Positions 25,035 to 37,873 of a DNA stretch of 64,000 nucleotides are shown here, piece by piece; the first letter of the stretch is position 1; each line of letters opens with the position of its first letter. Under the pieces are notes generated by a model that was given only the letters and a program-made list of their open reading frames with translations, was not told the DNA's origin and did not search any database. Source of the stretch: Podarcis filfolensis. Its lineage: Eukaryota. The stretch lies in the NCBI GenBank assembly GCA_964270895.1, contig OZ185439.1. One strand, given 5' to 3'. The position numbers and the translations under genes are program-made.

Positions 25035-27799
25035 TAGCTGTAGTTCATTCCCATGAATGATATCACTGAAGGAGCACGTTGCCGCTGCTATAAGTACTTC
25101 ACTCATGACTGGAATGTATTAAATGTATTAATCTGTGCCTCCGAGTGTAATTTAGGGAAGCCCTACGTTTGACACATTCTTGTACATCCTTGTTTTATCG
25201 CCCTATCCTGCAGGTAACCATGGCTCAAGAGCAAAGTGACTGAATGAAGTTAAAATTGTGTGTCACAAACTATCATATGCACTTGTGTTGCTTATTTCAC
25301 TGTCAGAATTATAGATATTAGATTAAATACGTCTGGGGCTCAGTTTTTATGTCACGGCTGCCAATATTAAGATCTATGCTAGGAAGCTCAGCATTCTAAT
25401 GATTCTTATACAACTTGGGATCAAACAACATCACACACACACACACACACAATATCTTGAATAATCAAACAGTGTCACCGTAACAGGAAATAAAGTCCCC
25501 AGCTATACCACCCAAAGATAAAACACAAGGCTTAGGCTGTCTCACCAAATATTTGTCAAACCTATTTGAAGCCGCCTGCATAAAAAATGTAATTTTTTCC
25601 CCAGCAAGGTTGGCTCTTATGTCAACCTACTGAACTCATAAAGCATTTATAGCCACCTTTTAACCATTATCTCCCATAAATCTGAACTCAGCTCCCCCCA
25701 GAAATGTATGATTTTGAAATTAATGTGACTTTTACTACAATTCCTAAGGTGCTACAGAGATATATTTTGTCAGCATATATTTTTTGCCTGTAATTAAGTA
25801 GTAGGTCTAGTGTCACTTATCCATTTTTTTTTTTTTTTGGCGGGGCATACCCAGGAGCTTATACCAACAACTTACTCTGGTATAGTCTCACTGATGTCTA
25901 TAGGATTACCCCAGGATATGTAGCTTGTTGGGCGTCCATATCCACAAACCAGTTGTGATTCAGTCAGCTTGCCTACCAGAATATCATATATTATTCCACC
26001 AAGTGATCCATCATTATCCTACAGGGCCTACACGGGACCTGATCTGTTGATCTACAGAAACACCATGTGGGCAAGCTTTGAATGTTGTCAAGTGGTGAGG
26101 CTAGATAAGAAAAATATAAAAACATAAAATCTGCCTTGGGTTAGGGGAAAGTTCCAATTCTACTTGTTGAGTTGAAGTTTTCAGTAACCTGCTTTAGGCA
26201 AGAAAATCTGGGCATAATATCCTATCAGCCGGTCTACTTAGAACAGGGATGGGGAACGTGTGACCCTTTAGATTGCCACTACAACTGCTATCCCTAGCCA
26301 TTGGCTGCCTTGACTGAGAACTGCTGTCTGACTGTATCTGAAGGGCCACAGGTTCCCCACTCAGCTGTGCTCAATGTGAAAGGAGTCCTAGTTCAGCAAC
26401 ACCAGGAAGGTTACAGGGACCCCACCCTTGTACATCATCCTCTGGGAAGCTTGCACAGGCCCCTTTTAAAACTATGAGAGTTTTAATGGAAATTTAAGCT
26501 GATGGTAGCCTTGTAAATAAGCCCACAAAGGTCACTGGTATCTGTGAGGAAGGAGGGTAACTGCATCAGGTCCCCTCCTGTGTGGATTCTAACTGCCCTC
26601 AAGTCAGCTGTCTGAGGGAAGAACCGTGTGGCAGGAACTGCTCTGTCATCCTGGCCTGGACATTGTCACCAGCTCTGCTGCTGAATCAGATCTGGGGGGC
26701 AGGGGGAGGTCCTTCTGGGGTGGAGAAGACTGCTCTTCATCAAGAGCAGAACAGCCAAAACTGCCCCTGAAATTGGCGCAGCTTTAGGAGCTTGCATTCC
26801 CTTCCTCCCTCCCATTCCTTTTTCCTCATGTGTAGTGTCTTTGTAGATTGTGAGCCTGAGGGTGGAGAGTCAGTCCATATCTATGCTGAGCACCAAAGAG
26901 GGGGCTTCCCCCTTCTTATATCCTCTTTGGTTTCTATGCTGGGCAGAGAGGAGGGATGGAGTACTCTATCAGCCTGTTCCCTGCATGCAAGTCCTTGTTG
27001 CCCAGGCTAATGCTTAAATATAAAGATGCCTTCAAGTGTCAAATAACCAATCCTCTCTGCAACTTGCCTACAGTAAAAGAATGCCTCCACGTAAGAATTG
27101 GATGCTGAAGAGTTGATCTCACAGCAGCCCCAGTCACCTCTTGGCAGTGGTGGAAGTGAAACAAATATTTTGCATGAGCTATTGCATTAGAGTTTCTTTC
27201 AGTAAAAATAAAAAAACCAACATCTATTATAGTCATATCTGAAATTTCGTGGTAAGCTTGGTAGAGAAAGTGGCAGTTTGAAAAATGTAGAGTTGGCTCC
27301 TGTGAACTTCCACAAGAATGGGCAGTCCACAATGTCAGTTCCTATTAAACACAGCTATATGGATGTATGGGTACCCGGTAATGCACACTATGAGACAAAG
27401 GAACATCATCATCTTTGGGTTGATATAGTCAGTGCCGCCATTCGCATCTGTGCAATGCTACGTGTGCTTGCTCAATGATGTTTTTCTCGAAAGTAAGAGG
27501 AACAGAGTCGTGGTGTATATAAGCAAAATTTAAAATAAAAATAAAAATCAAGAATTATTTAAGACACAAAGATTTTCACTAATGCAATGGGAATTCCCTC
27601 CCTTCTCCCCCCATGCACATCCCATGCCTTCCCCAGATCTGCTTTAGAGGGTTAGGAGAACACCCAGTAGATTATGGATGTGTGCAGGGGGTGGAGAGGG
27701 CTCCACCGCAAAAGGAAAACCCTTTGTGCTGATAGAACCCTAACCTTACTGTTATCTTAATTACACCCCCTGTCCTGAAATTCAAATGCCAAGGGATAC

Positions 27800-28299
27800 T
27801 ATCAGGAAAGAGTCAGCTCCTAGCGAAGGTTTGCAGCCAACTGCAGAGAGCAGCCAGGAACAGAGAGGCTTAGATGTTAGGCAGGGGAGAGCCAGCAGCT
27901 GCAGACTTCGGCTCTTCCTGACCTTGATGGGCAAGCTGATAAGGCAGTAGCTGAGAGCAGGCTGGAACACAGCCAAAGCTCTCAGGAAGTTCCAACAGGC
28001 ACACACAGACACAGAGAAAGTCTCTTGGAAAAGGAAGAGGCTAGAGCTGATCCAATAAGTCCGAAGAGTCGGCATATGGGAGGGCTGTTAGACAGGAAAC
28101 AAAACAAGAGACATAAGGTGAGGAAGTTCAATATCTTCTGCAGAAACCGGAAGGAATCTTCAGAAGGGTCATCTTGAGTAATGATGCCGGAGGCTTTATT
28201 AGAGTCGTTTGGAGCTAGCTGTTTGTTTTTGCAATAAATCCTCCTTTTTAATTACCTACGTTTACTGTGTTATCAAGCTGGGAACCTGGACTCCTGACA
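27800..28299 (+). mobile_element. Solo LTR (500 bp)
   Basis: Termini TATCAGGA (mutated TGTCAGGA) / TCCTGACA, 5-bp TSD GATAC on both sides, AATAAA near the 3' end. Confidence 0.8.
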
Positions 28300-28724
28300 G
28301 ATACAGTGTGAAATTATGTAACATCATGCTTCTTTTAATTAAAGAAACCCAGACGATATTAAAAAGTGGAGACACAATCAGAACTCCCATCCCATACAGA
28401 AGGTGAGAAGCCCACCCACAAGGAGAATAGGAAGCTGGAGGCAGGGGGAGTTGGTTGACAGCAGAAGGAAAACTCCAAAAAGGTGCCTTCCCTGGAGTGC
28501 AGGGAAGTCCATCCTCCCTGCTACTGCTTTGCCCAACCATCACCCCATTCATACAGCTTCCCTCAGCTACAGAGCCACACATCTGATGAATCTCTGGCAG
28601 GGCTGAGGAAGAAATGCCCTATAACAGCCAATCTCATTCTTCTTCCCCAAGTCAGTTTCAGCAATGGCTTTCTCTCCTCTGTCTTCCTTCTCTGTGGTGG
28701 GGCTCCAAATCATGGCCATGGAAT

Positions 28725-28772
28725 TGTTGTTTGTTTGTTTGTTTGTTTGTTTGTTTGTTTGTTTGTTTGTTT
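28725..28772. repeat. (GTTT)n microsatellite
   Basis: Tandem GTTT. Confidence 0.98.
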
Positions 28773-29916
28773 TAAAGCTGATGTCTGGGGGAAGCCCAGA
28801 GGTGTCAGGGTTGTTTGTGGATGCTAGCCTGATCCTGTAGAGAACTTAAATGAATCTTGCCAAATTTCATCGAATACGGCAACCAGAGTTTTCTTCCACT
28901 TTTTCCCAAAGTACAATTACTGCTGCTTTCCAAGCTACTAGAGTACACCTTTCCCCCTCTAACACACTGGATTTCTTCTTCCTCTTTATTGACCTCTATG
29001 TCTTTACTTGTACACATTTCAAAATAAGTATCTATAGCAATATGTAGTGTGTGCGTGCGTGTGTGTTTCTAAATCCTGCAGGGCTGATGAGACTTCAATA
29101 TGAAAGCCAAAGCCAGGCAATTCATAAATGTAGAAAGCTGCAACGCTCCACCTGCAGGCATCGTTAGCTGGCAATGATGGGGATGATAGAAGTGATGGGA
29201 ACAGTGACTGAACTCTGACCTTATCGATCGGAGCCACCTCTAACCAGCTGAGTTGCTCCGGCCCAGTCAGCTGAAAAGGAATTTAAAGGGTAGTCATCTT
29301 CCCTGTTCGACTCGCCTGTCATTAATAATGTTTTCATCCATGACAGTGATAAACACACGGTACTTGAAGAGAGTTTATTAAGGTCAGTCTATAAATAAAA
29401 ATTAAAATTTTTTAAAAATGGGTTTACACAGATGAACAGATGGATGGATAAAGTGATTGGGAAAACAATAAATATGAAAATGGACAGATGGATAAAGTAT
29501 CTGGCAGCATTCTTTCAAAAAAAGAAAGAAAACCACTCCCCCTGCCTCAAATAACTGGCAGCATCAGACAATACCCTTCTGTCCCCTAAAAAAAAGAAAT
29601 AGATTTAATGAAGCTACTTCACAACTTATAGGCTTTGTGAATCTATCGCCTGACTAATATTTTGTCATTTAATGCCAATTCTCTGATCTGATAAAAAGGA
29701 TTGCAGCCATTTTTCTATGTCAGGTATATAACTGAGCGCTACTAAAATTTAAATGTCTCATCTGTCCTTGGATTAAAGACTGAAGACCTTAAAACCTGTG
29801 AGTTTTACTTCATATAAGATACAATCAAATATAGTGACTACTTCTAGTTCAGCACCTCAGAAGGGACCAAAAAATAAATAAATGCATTTTTAGCAGAATA
29901 CGAAGTCTATTGGGGG

Positions 29917-30032
29917 ATGAGATGGTTGGACATGTTCTCGAAGCTACTAAAATGAGTTTGACGAAGACAGGAGTGCCTGGCGTGCTCTGGTCCATATGGT
30001 CACGAAGAATCGGACACGACTAAACAACAACA
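29917..30032 (+). mobile_element. 5'-truncated BovB (RTE) LINE 3' end
   Basis: GGAGTGCCTGGCGTGCTCTGGTCCAT...GGACACGACTAAACAACAACAA; 14-bp TSD AAGTCTATTGGGGG (29903-29916 and 30033-30046). Confidence 0.9.
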
Positions 30033-31112
30033 AAGTCTATTGGGGGTGGGGAGAGAACCCAATGCCTATTACTTAAGCTCCAAAATCAAGATGCCATTTA
30101 AACCATAGAGCTTTTCCCTCTCTCCATTACTTGGAATGCAGGTCAGTTCCACTTGTCCCAACCTCTACTTAATTCCAAATGAATGTGTTTCAGATGTCAT
30201 GTGATAAAATTTCTCCAAAAATATTGTAGCAATCTGCAAATTAAATCGCTATTCAGATCATCAGGAGGTGGTTATTTGGAAGTCTCGTGATACATCTGAA
30301 GACTTAGGCTCACTGGCAGGGGAAGGGGAGTGTGGGGGGAGCTGCCCCTGGCAGTGCAATTCGAGTGGGGTGCCATCGCAGCTGTCCCCCCGCCTGCACT
30401 GGGTGCCACGCCCCCACAGGCAGCACACCACGCCCCCAGGACACATGCCAGCCCCGCCCTCACCTGCTCTCCGCCCCCTGGTGCTGTAGCATGAAGCTCC
30501 GCCACAGCTTAGGCTTCCATAAATACCACTGGAATCACTGGAACCAAAGAGCTTAACTGTGCCCTCAACAGCCCAATCCTATGCACGGTTACTCAGAAGT
30601 GAGACACATCATGTTTAATGGGGCTTACTTCCAAGTAAGTGAGCATAAGCTTGCAATCTAAGGCACATTGTACATACACAAAACTATCCCTGGATTGTCC
30701 CCCAGGAAGTGAATTATCCCTTTGGATGACTGTGGGTAGTGTAGGGCACAAGACACAAAGCACTGCCACTTATTCCACAGCAGGGGCAATGACCTCATCT
30801 CTATTGATGATGTCATCTCCTGAGCCTCTGCATGCCAAGGAAATAAGCTTTTCTGAAAGATAAACACCAAACAGGCTAAGGAGAGGAAGAGGGGAGACTG
30901 CATGCATTGCTAAAGGTAAAAGTTCCCAGTGGAAACGCAGGCCAAAGGGGTATGCTTGAATGAAGGAGCTCAGCAGGATTCAGTTTCCCTGGATTGTGTC
31001 CCACCTCCAAGCCTAGCCACCCAATCACAACAACATGCTGCAGCTACAGAAAATGCCTTCCTTGTGTTGGTGTCCATCCACATCTGCCTGTGGTGAGATG
31101 GCTGTGTGGATC

Positions 31113-31451
31113 TGTTATGTACTGAGTTGAATAGGATCCAAAAGGCAGCAGTCTGATTGGTCCTAGAACAAAAGGAATTTAGAATGCAGCAGTCTGATTG
31201 GTCCTAGAACAATAGGATCCAGAATGCAGCAGTCTGATTGGTCCACAGGAGCCACCCAATCCAGCTCCAGGTGGAAGGGAATCCGCAACCTGATTGGCCT
31301 ACAGGAGAATCCCGGAATTAGCCAGTCACGTGGGGCCCATTGTGTAAATAATGTATATAAAGCAGACATTCTGGGGGAACGTCCATTCCTCCTCACCACC
31401 ATGAGCTGAATAAAGAGCATGAAATCCACTCTCGACTCCAAGTATATTTCA
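31113..31451 (+). mobile_element. Solo LTR (339 bp)
   Basis: TG...CA termini, 5-bp TSD GGATC, three tandem GCAGCAGTCTGATTGGTCC units (inverted CCAAT), TATATAAA, AATAAA. Confidence 0.92.
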
Positions 31452-31500
31452 GGATCAGCAAACGTGTGCAGGGGTTTGATTTGGGCATACTCCTAAGTAG

Positions 31501-31695
31501 ATAAGAAGAGCCTAGCCAGATCAGTCAGAGGCCTGGCTGGTCCAGCATCCTGTTCTCACAGTGGTCAACCAGATGCCTTTGGCATCCAGTCTGCAAGCAG
31601 GGCTCAAGCACAAAAGCACTCTGCCCAGCTGTGAATTCCAGCAAGTGGTGCACAGAGCCTTACTGCCTCTGATAGCAAAGGTAGAACATAGTCCT
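31501..31695 (-). mobile_element. CR1 LINE 3' end
   Basis: Reverse complement of the same CR1 tail seen at 36283-36398. Confidence 0.7.
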
Positions 31696-32814
31696 TACTC
31701 AAAAGCAATATTTGCAGCAGCATGTCAAAAATCTAACACACTTGTGACTGTGTGCTGGGAAGCAACACAAGCAGGTTTGTCTGCACGGCTGAGGTGGTTG
31801 AGAGAAGAGATCCACAATGACAGCTCGGCCCATTATTGTTTCCTTTTAAACACTAGTTATGGCTTTCTTCCGCTGTGACTCATGACAACGCTTTGATTAA
31901 GCCAGAAAGGGTCTGTCTGTATTGCAATGCCCTTGTTATGTGCATAGTTCTGGGGTGTCTGTGAATGTTGTACAGCTCCTACCTTCCAGCTGTCAAAAAC
32001 ATTAAATTCACACCATATATTCTATCGTAAAAACAGAGTTAAGAGGGCGAACCCTTTTTTTCCTAGACAAACTTTTGAGAACACATTGGCTCATTTGACA
32101 GAGTATAGAGCAGAACGCTGTCATTTTCTGCTCAGGGTGCCTCTTTTAAGTATTCCTTCTTGCTGTTGCTCCATGGCAGTTCTTTGCTGAGACATGGCTC
32201 GTAGACTTGTTCATTCATCAGCTGAAGCTGACGGGTGCAGGAGGGCGGGGGAATGTAGCAAACAATGTATTTACATCATACTGAACAATAGATTTTGTAC
32301 TTCAGTAGCACAATCAGAAGAGGTTTAAGAGACACTGCAGTTAATGGGACTAAAGTGCTTAAGTCCCATTGACTTTAAAAATAATAATAATTGGGAGTAG
32401 TCTTCCAAATGCTGCTGTTGTAATATGAGGTGGGGTAGCGGTAATAAATCAGATGGTGGTGTCATTTCAACAAACGCTCCCATTGGGGCAGAATCACAAC
32501 TGACGCGGCAGTGTCCAAATCAGGATTCCAAGTGGCTGGTAAGCGATTGGCTCTGCCAACTGAGACTCTAGCATGCTTTTGCTTGTGGGGAAGGTTACCA
32601 TCTCTTGGTTGGGATCAGTGACATGAGATACAAGGTGTTACAAGTCCTTCTTCTGCACCCCTTTGAACTAGCCCCTCCTGGCACTAGACAAAAAAATGCT
32701 GCACCCCCCCCCCGCCAGCATATGTGCTTGTTTTGTTTTAGGTAGAGGTACAGGGATGATTGGTTGAGATTTGGCTTCCCCACAGGCCACAGCATGTCAG
32801 CACATGTCTCTCCC

Positions 32815-32853
32815 GTTTGTTTGTTTGTTTGTTTGTTTGTTTGTTTGTTTGTT
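32815..32853. repeat. (GTTT)n microsatellite
   Basis: Tandem GTTT. Confidence 0.98.
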
Positions 32854-32916
32854 AACCAAAAAGGCTTTCCCTCATTCTTGACAAATTTCCATCCTGTCAC
32901 AAACTATGCAGTAGGA

Positions 32917-32917
<1 letters not shown>

Positions 32918-32957
<40 letters not shown>
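32918..32957. repeat. (AAT)n microsatellite at an L2 tail
   Basis: Tandem AAT. Confidence 0.98.
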
Positions 32958-32966
<9 letters not shown>

Positions 32967-33430
32967 TAGACCAGGCATAGGCAAACTCTGGCCCTCCAGA
33001 TGTTTGGGACTACAATTCCCATCATCCCTTGCTAACAGGACCAGTGGTCAGGGATGATGGGAATTGTAGTCCCAACATCTGGAGGGCCAGAGTTTGCCTA
33101 TGCCTGATTTAGACCCCGCCCATCTAGCTGGGTATCCCCAGCCACTCTGGGCAGCTTCCAACAAAGATTAAAAATACATTAAAACCTCAGTCATTAAAAA
33201 CTTTCCTAAACAGGGCTGCCTTCAGATGTCTTCTAAACATCAGATAGTTGTTTATCTCTTTGACATCTGATGGGAGGGCGTTCCACAGGGAGGGCGCCAC
33301 TACCGAGAAGGCGCTCTGCCTGGTTCCCTGTAGCTTCACTTCTCACAGTGAGAGTACCACCAGAAGACCCTCGGTGCTGGACCTCAGTGTCCAGGCTGAA
33401 CGATGGGAGTGGAGATGCTCCTCCAGATAT
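32958..33430 (-). mobile_element. L2-type LINE 3' end interrupted by a hAT MITE
   Basis: Reverse complement of the family at 40461-40754. Confidence 0.8.
32972..33106. mobile_element. Palindromic hAT (Charlie-like) MITE
   Basis: Nearly whole-length inverted repeat CAGGCATAGGCAAACTCTGGCCCTCCAGATG...; 8-bp TSD ATTTAGAC. Confidence 0.92.
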
Positions 33431-34484
33431 AAGTGTGTGCAAGTGATTCTTTTGGCAAGATGAATGTGCAAGTTATTTCCCCTCTCCAATTTGAAAATGC
33501 ATTCATTTTCATCTCTGAAAGCCCCCTTCATATCACTTTTCCTTGGTTGAAATCCCCCTCCTTTTGTATTTCCTTAGATGGATAAATACTCACATCTGTC
33601 TTTGGTGTCCCCTTTTTGCCACCTCAGACATCCTTGTAAGTCCCTTTAAATCAAGAGGCATCTGCTCATGTGTTCAGGATCATCCCTTAGATGGCCATTA
33701 AGGGTGCTTGTGTGGTACTTGGGAAGAAGAGGGTATAAGTAAATTCAAGAAAGACCTTCCTTCCACCCACCCAAGAAATATACAGGTTTAGAAATTTGTT
33801 TCTTTGGAGACTTGTATAAAGAAAGTCACATTTCAGGAGCGGTGCCCTGTGAACAATAAAATATTGTCACTCTGCAGTGACTGCTGATGAGAAATATTGG
33901 TATCATAAAGTAAGATGAAATCTTTAGTTTTAGTTTCAAACAGCTGTATTTCCCCAAAGAACCCTTCAAAAATATTAAGGGGAACATTGTTGAAAGTCTC
34001 AGCGTGAATTTCAATGAGATTTAGGCTCCAATCCCCAAAGTATTTTTGGGGGACAGGAGCCCTCTGAGAATTAGCTGTGTTTGGCTCATAAGTCTTCTTC
34101 TGTAAATAGCTCCAAGTTTCTCTCTCTCCCAGGGATGCCTTATATAGATATAACAGAGTCAGTATTTGGGTGGTGTGAGTATGTTTGGGACCAGGTAACC
34201 CATTAACAGCACCATCTTATGCATGTCTGCTCCAAAGTAAGCCCTAATGGGTTCAGTGGGATTCAGCCCTTGGGAAGTGTGCATAGGATTGCAGTTTGGG
34301 TATCCCAAACCAAGCATCTCTATGTAATACATTTCTGGATTTTCCAGGCTGCAGACATGCATGATATTGAGATACTCATTACTGGGATACAGACTAGGAC
34401 ACAGCCTGTGGATGTTCAGAAGAATCACTATTGGGTCAAAATTACCACCCACATTTCACAAGAGCTCAAATTAGAGCCATATGC

Positions 34485-34877
34485 AATTCAGTTTGTATTT
34501 AAAGGGCAATCAACCTAATACCCACTTTCTGAAAACACCAAAACACAGCCATTTTTCAAAATTCGCATTTTCTGAATTCTGCAGTGCAGTCCTCCAGCCA
34601 AGTAACGTGTACAAAAATGCATACACTAAGGCAAAGTGTGCATTAAAAAAATATGCACAATCGTTCAAATGCCACACAAAAATGCCATGGATTGGGGGAG
34701 ATTGCTTAGAAAACTTACGTAAATTAGGCAAAATTGCCATTAAAAATGCATATATTGGGAGGATATTGCACTAAAACGCTGATGAATCGTGAACTCGTGT
34801 GGAAAGGCAGAGAACTGAACTTAAGATTGGGAAAATAACAAGCTGAGAAAAAGCAGAATTGACTGATTCAGCCATGC
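34485..34877 (+). repeat. Unclassified AT-rich squamate interspersed repeat
   Basis: Repeated CAAAAATGC-like motifs; second copy in reverse at about 3590-3835. Confidence 0.55.
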
Positions 34878-35477
34878 CTACTATCAAGAGGTGCTTTTGT
34901 GTATACTGTTGCATGTGAGTAGGTGCACCTGTGCACATAAAGGGAGTGGGGAGCTGAGGGAGCAGGACAAGTGGTCCTCACCATCCCAGACTTCCCCACT
35001 TCCCCATGCATACCTTCTATACATGCACATCAAAAGGGTGCAGCCAGTGGCATACAAAGGCAGCAGCACAGTTTCACTGCCCCCTTCTATGCATGCAGAA
35101 ACCATGAAGCAGAGGAGGCTTGCTCACACATTACACAGGTACAAGCTGTCTCTACATATGTTCAGGAGTGTGAAGAGTTTACATTTGTTGCTTTGTACAG
35201 CTCACCTATTGTGTACACAGATGCCCAGGCTCATCGTCTTTTCCACGTGAATAAATATACGAGTGTACAGCTCAACTATTGGGGACGGAGATTGGATGCA
35301 ACATGTGAACATTTCTTATGTGATTGTTTCTCAAGCATGTTCTTTCGGTTAATCAGCCTTTCTTGCCTTTTAAGTCGACAAAGAATAGCCTACGAGATTG
35401 TAAGACCATAATTAAAATTATGCATGGTATATAGAAAGTGGAGAGAGAGAGAGTTGTATTTCTCCCGATCTCAAAAA

Positions 35478-36398
35478 AACTCATGCCCAGTGAACGAATG
35501 TTGGAAGATTCAAGACAGATGAAAAGGTAGTAAAATTAGTACAGGCATCAATTCTTTGTGCAGTGCACAGTTAAAATATGGCATTAGCTCCCTGCAAGAT
35601 ATCATGATGGCCACCAAGTTGGACGGCTTTAAGAGAAATTAATGGCGGATAAAGCTCTCAAAACAGCTATGTTTGCTGTCAGAGGCAGTATGCCTCTGAG
35701 AAGTTGAAAGTTGAAAGGCTTTGGAATGACGCAGTTAAAAATTCCGTCGCCATATTGGGAAGTTCTGTCGGAGGACTTAAGTCTGAGAGGAGAAATAGAG
35801 AAATAGAGCTGTTTTTATATTGTGGGTGAAACTCCTCAGTGGGACTTAAGAACGACAGTTCTGTAATTAATGATGGAAAGAGCGCTGTTATCTATGAAGG
35901 CGATGATATATGGAAACCATCTCGATTTGAGGATTGGAAGAACGGAAAAATTCACACAGGATTATTATTGGTGTTTATCGGCTTAAGGAGACTATCAGAA
36001 GAGATCGTAAAGAAAAAAGAGAAAATATATGAACAAGATGTGATGTGGAAACAGCAAGATAAGACTGGATAGAATTATGAACTTTGTTTGGACTGATTTG
36101 GACATTAACGCAGTGGCAAGAAGATGATCAGAATCCCCCTTCGGATCTTGAAATATGGGTCCCCTCAACAAAATTTAAAATTCGGCTTTGTAATTCGGAA
36201 TTTATGTGATGTGATTTGATTTGATTTGATTGGCCGGTTAATAAAAATTATTTTTTTTTTTAAAAAAAAGAGAAGTTGAAAGAGTGCAGTTGTGCTCATG
36301 TCCTGCTTGCAGACTTCCCATAGGCATTGGGTTGGCTGCTGTGAAAATGGGATGCTGAATTTCATTGGTCTTTGATCTGATATAGCCAGGCTCTTCTC
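35478..36398 (+). mobile_element. Old CR1 3' end (35478-35697 and 36283-36398) split by a younger retroposon
   Basis: GAATGTTGGAAGATTCAAGACAG...GATGGCCACCAAGTTGGACGGCTTTAAG continues after the insert as GTGCTCATGTCCTGCTTG...GGCTCTTCT. Confidence 0.7.
35711..36269 (+). mobile_element. Polyadenylated non-LTR retroposon, unclassified, probably L1-mobilised
   Basis: 13-bp TSD GAGAAGTTGAAAG (35698-35710 and 36270-36282), AATAAA at 36240, T/A-rich tail. Confidence 0.75.
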
Positions 36399-37594
36399 AA
36401 GTTCAAAGTAAACCAATGCAGTAATATTGGTGGTGGTAGACTCAGGCAGCAATGAGGACTGAGGTGCTTCAAGCAGGTACCTGTTGGCAGGCCTGACGTT
36501 CTCCAGTATCTTAATAATCTGTTTGAAAAAGCCTTGCAGGCTTTCAACACCCCTGTGATGAAATGAAACCGCTTAGCAAACCCCAATATAATACACTTAT
36601 CTGATAAACAGAAACATTGGTTTGTTTACGACAGACAGCTGACTTTACTTTCCCTGCCTGTGACTGCACACAATTTGTTTATGATGATTGCACAGAAAGA
36701 AGCAAACACTCCGGAAAACTAAACCACTGACACAGCAAAAGCCAGAGAGAGAGAGAGAGAGAATTTGCTCATCAGGTATTACGTTGAAATGATTTGAAAA
36801 TATACAGCATCTGTTTAATGTTTAAAGCAAAAGAAAGTAGGAAAGTAACTGAGCATGAGATAGCTTTCAATAAATAATCACGGAATAAATAGGTAAATAC
36901 GCATGGGAGCACTGTAAATGCACGAGTAGTTTGGTGCCAATAAAATGTGAAAGATAAAAATAAAATACAATATAGCTGCAAAAGTATTTGTATAAATCAT
37001 GGAAATGTGCAGGAAGGAGAGAGAGAGAGAGAGCTATGCACAATCCAGATCAGGTAATGCAAGGAATATAATGCCGGCAACAAATAATGCATCAAGAAGT
37101 GTGAAGCAGCCAGCCCATCTGAACCACAGCGCTTCTAGAGGTGACATTTTACAAATCTTATGCTTTTAACTGCAAATGGGCAATGTGCAGCTACAATATA
37201 ATAAAAACTGGGATCAGTGGTCATTTTAAACGGGGGACATGCTTTGGATTTTCAATTCCTTTATTCATTCCCAGTAATTGTTCCAAATCACAGCCACCTG
37301 AATCCAGATCCCTGAGTGTTCTCCCAATGTACACACAGCTCTGCTGACTGAACTATTCCTTTTGATGGCAGGAACAGACCAACCTGTGCACACAAAGAAA
37401 TAGAGTTTGTTTGTTTATAAATGAGCATTTATAAACAGCTTCATATTTTTAAATGGGGATCAGCTTCTTCCATTGAAGTTAATGGGAAATTTTTGTGGGT
37501 AGCAGAGTTCCATGTGCCCATTGAAGCATCTGACTGTGGAACAGATCACTTGAGTGGACCTATGTGTTTATGATATTCTCTGCTGGCGGAGAAT

Positions 37595-37775
37595 GTTGTC
37601 CATAGCATGGTGTTTGAAATGGATCATAGAATCCACCATACACTTTGCCATAGACTCAAGGAGTAGTCTTGTGGAAATCACTCAGCCTCTGTTCTCCATC
37701 TCTAAAATGAGGATAATACTTGCCCATGTAGGGCTATTGTCAAAGTAAACAATATAAATATTGTTTTAAAAAGCT
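37595..37775 (+). mobile_element. MIR/CORE-type SINE remnant
   Basis: CTCAGCCTCTGTTCTCCATCTCTAAAATGAGGATAATA core. Confidence 0.6.
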
Positions 37776-37873
37776 TAATCGATTAAATGTGTGTTATAAT
37801 TGGTAATTAGGTCTGATTATGTTCAAAGAAAGGAACCAGCGCATTTTGGTTGCGTTGTTCAAACATTATGGAT

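Noticed and set aside
31133-31215. CRISPR-like repeat-spacer pattern (three GCAGCAGTCTGATTGGTCC units)
   Set aside because: Eukaryotic DNA; the intervening sequences are related to each other and lie in the U3 of a solo LTR
35839-36072. 77-aa ORF inside the unclassified retroposon
   Set aside because: Short, begins at GTG and has no recognisable similarity; expected by chance
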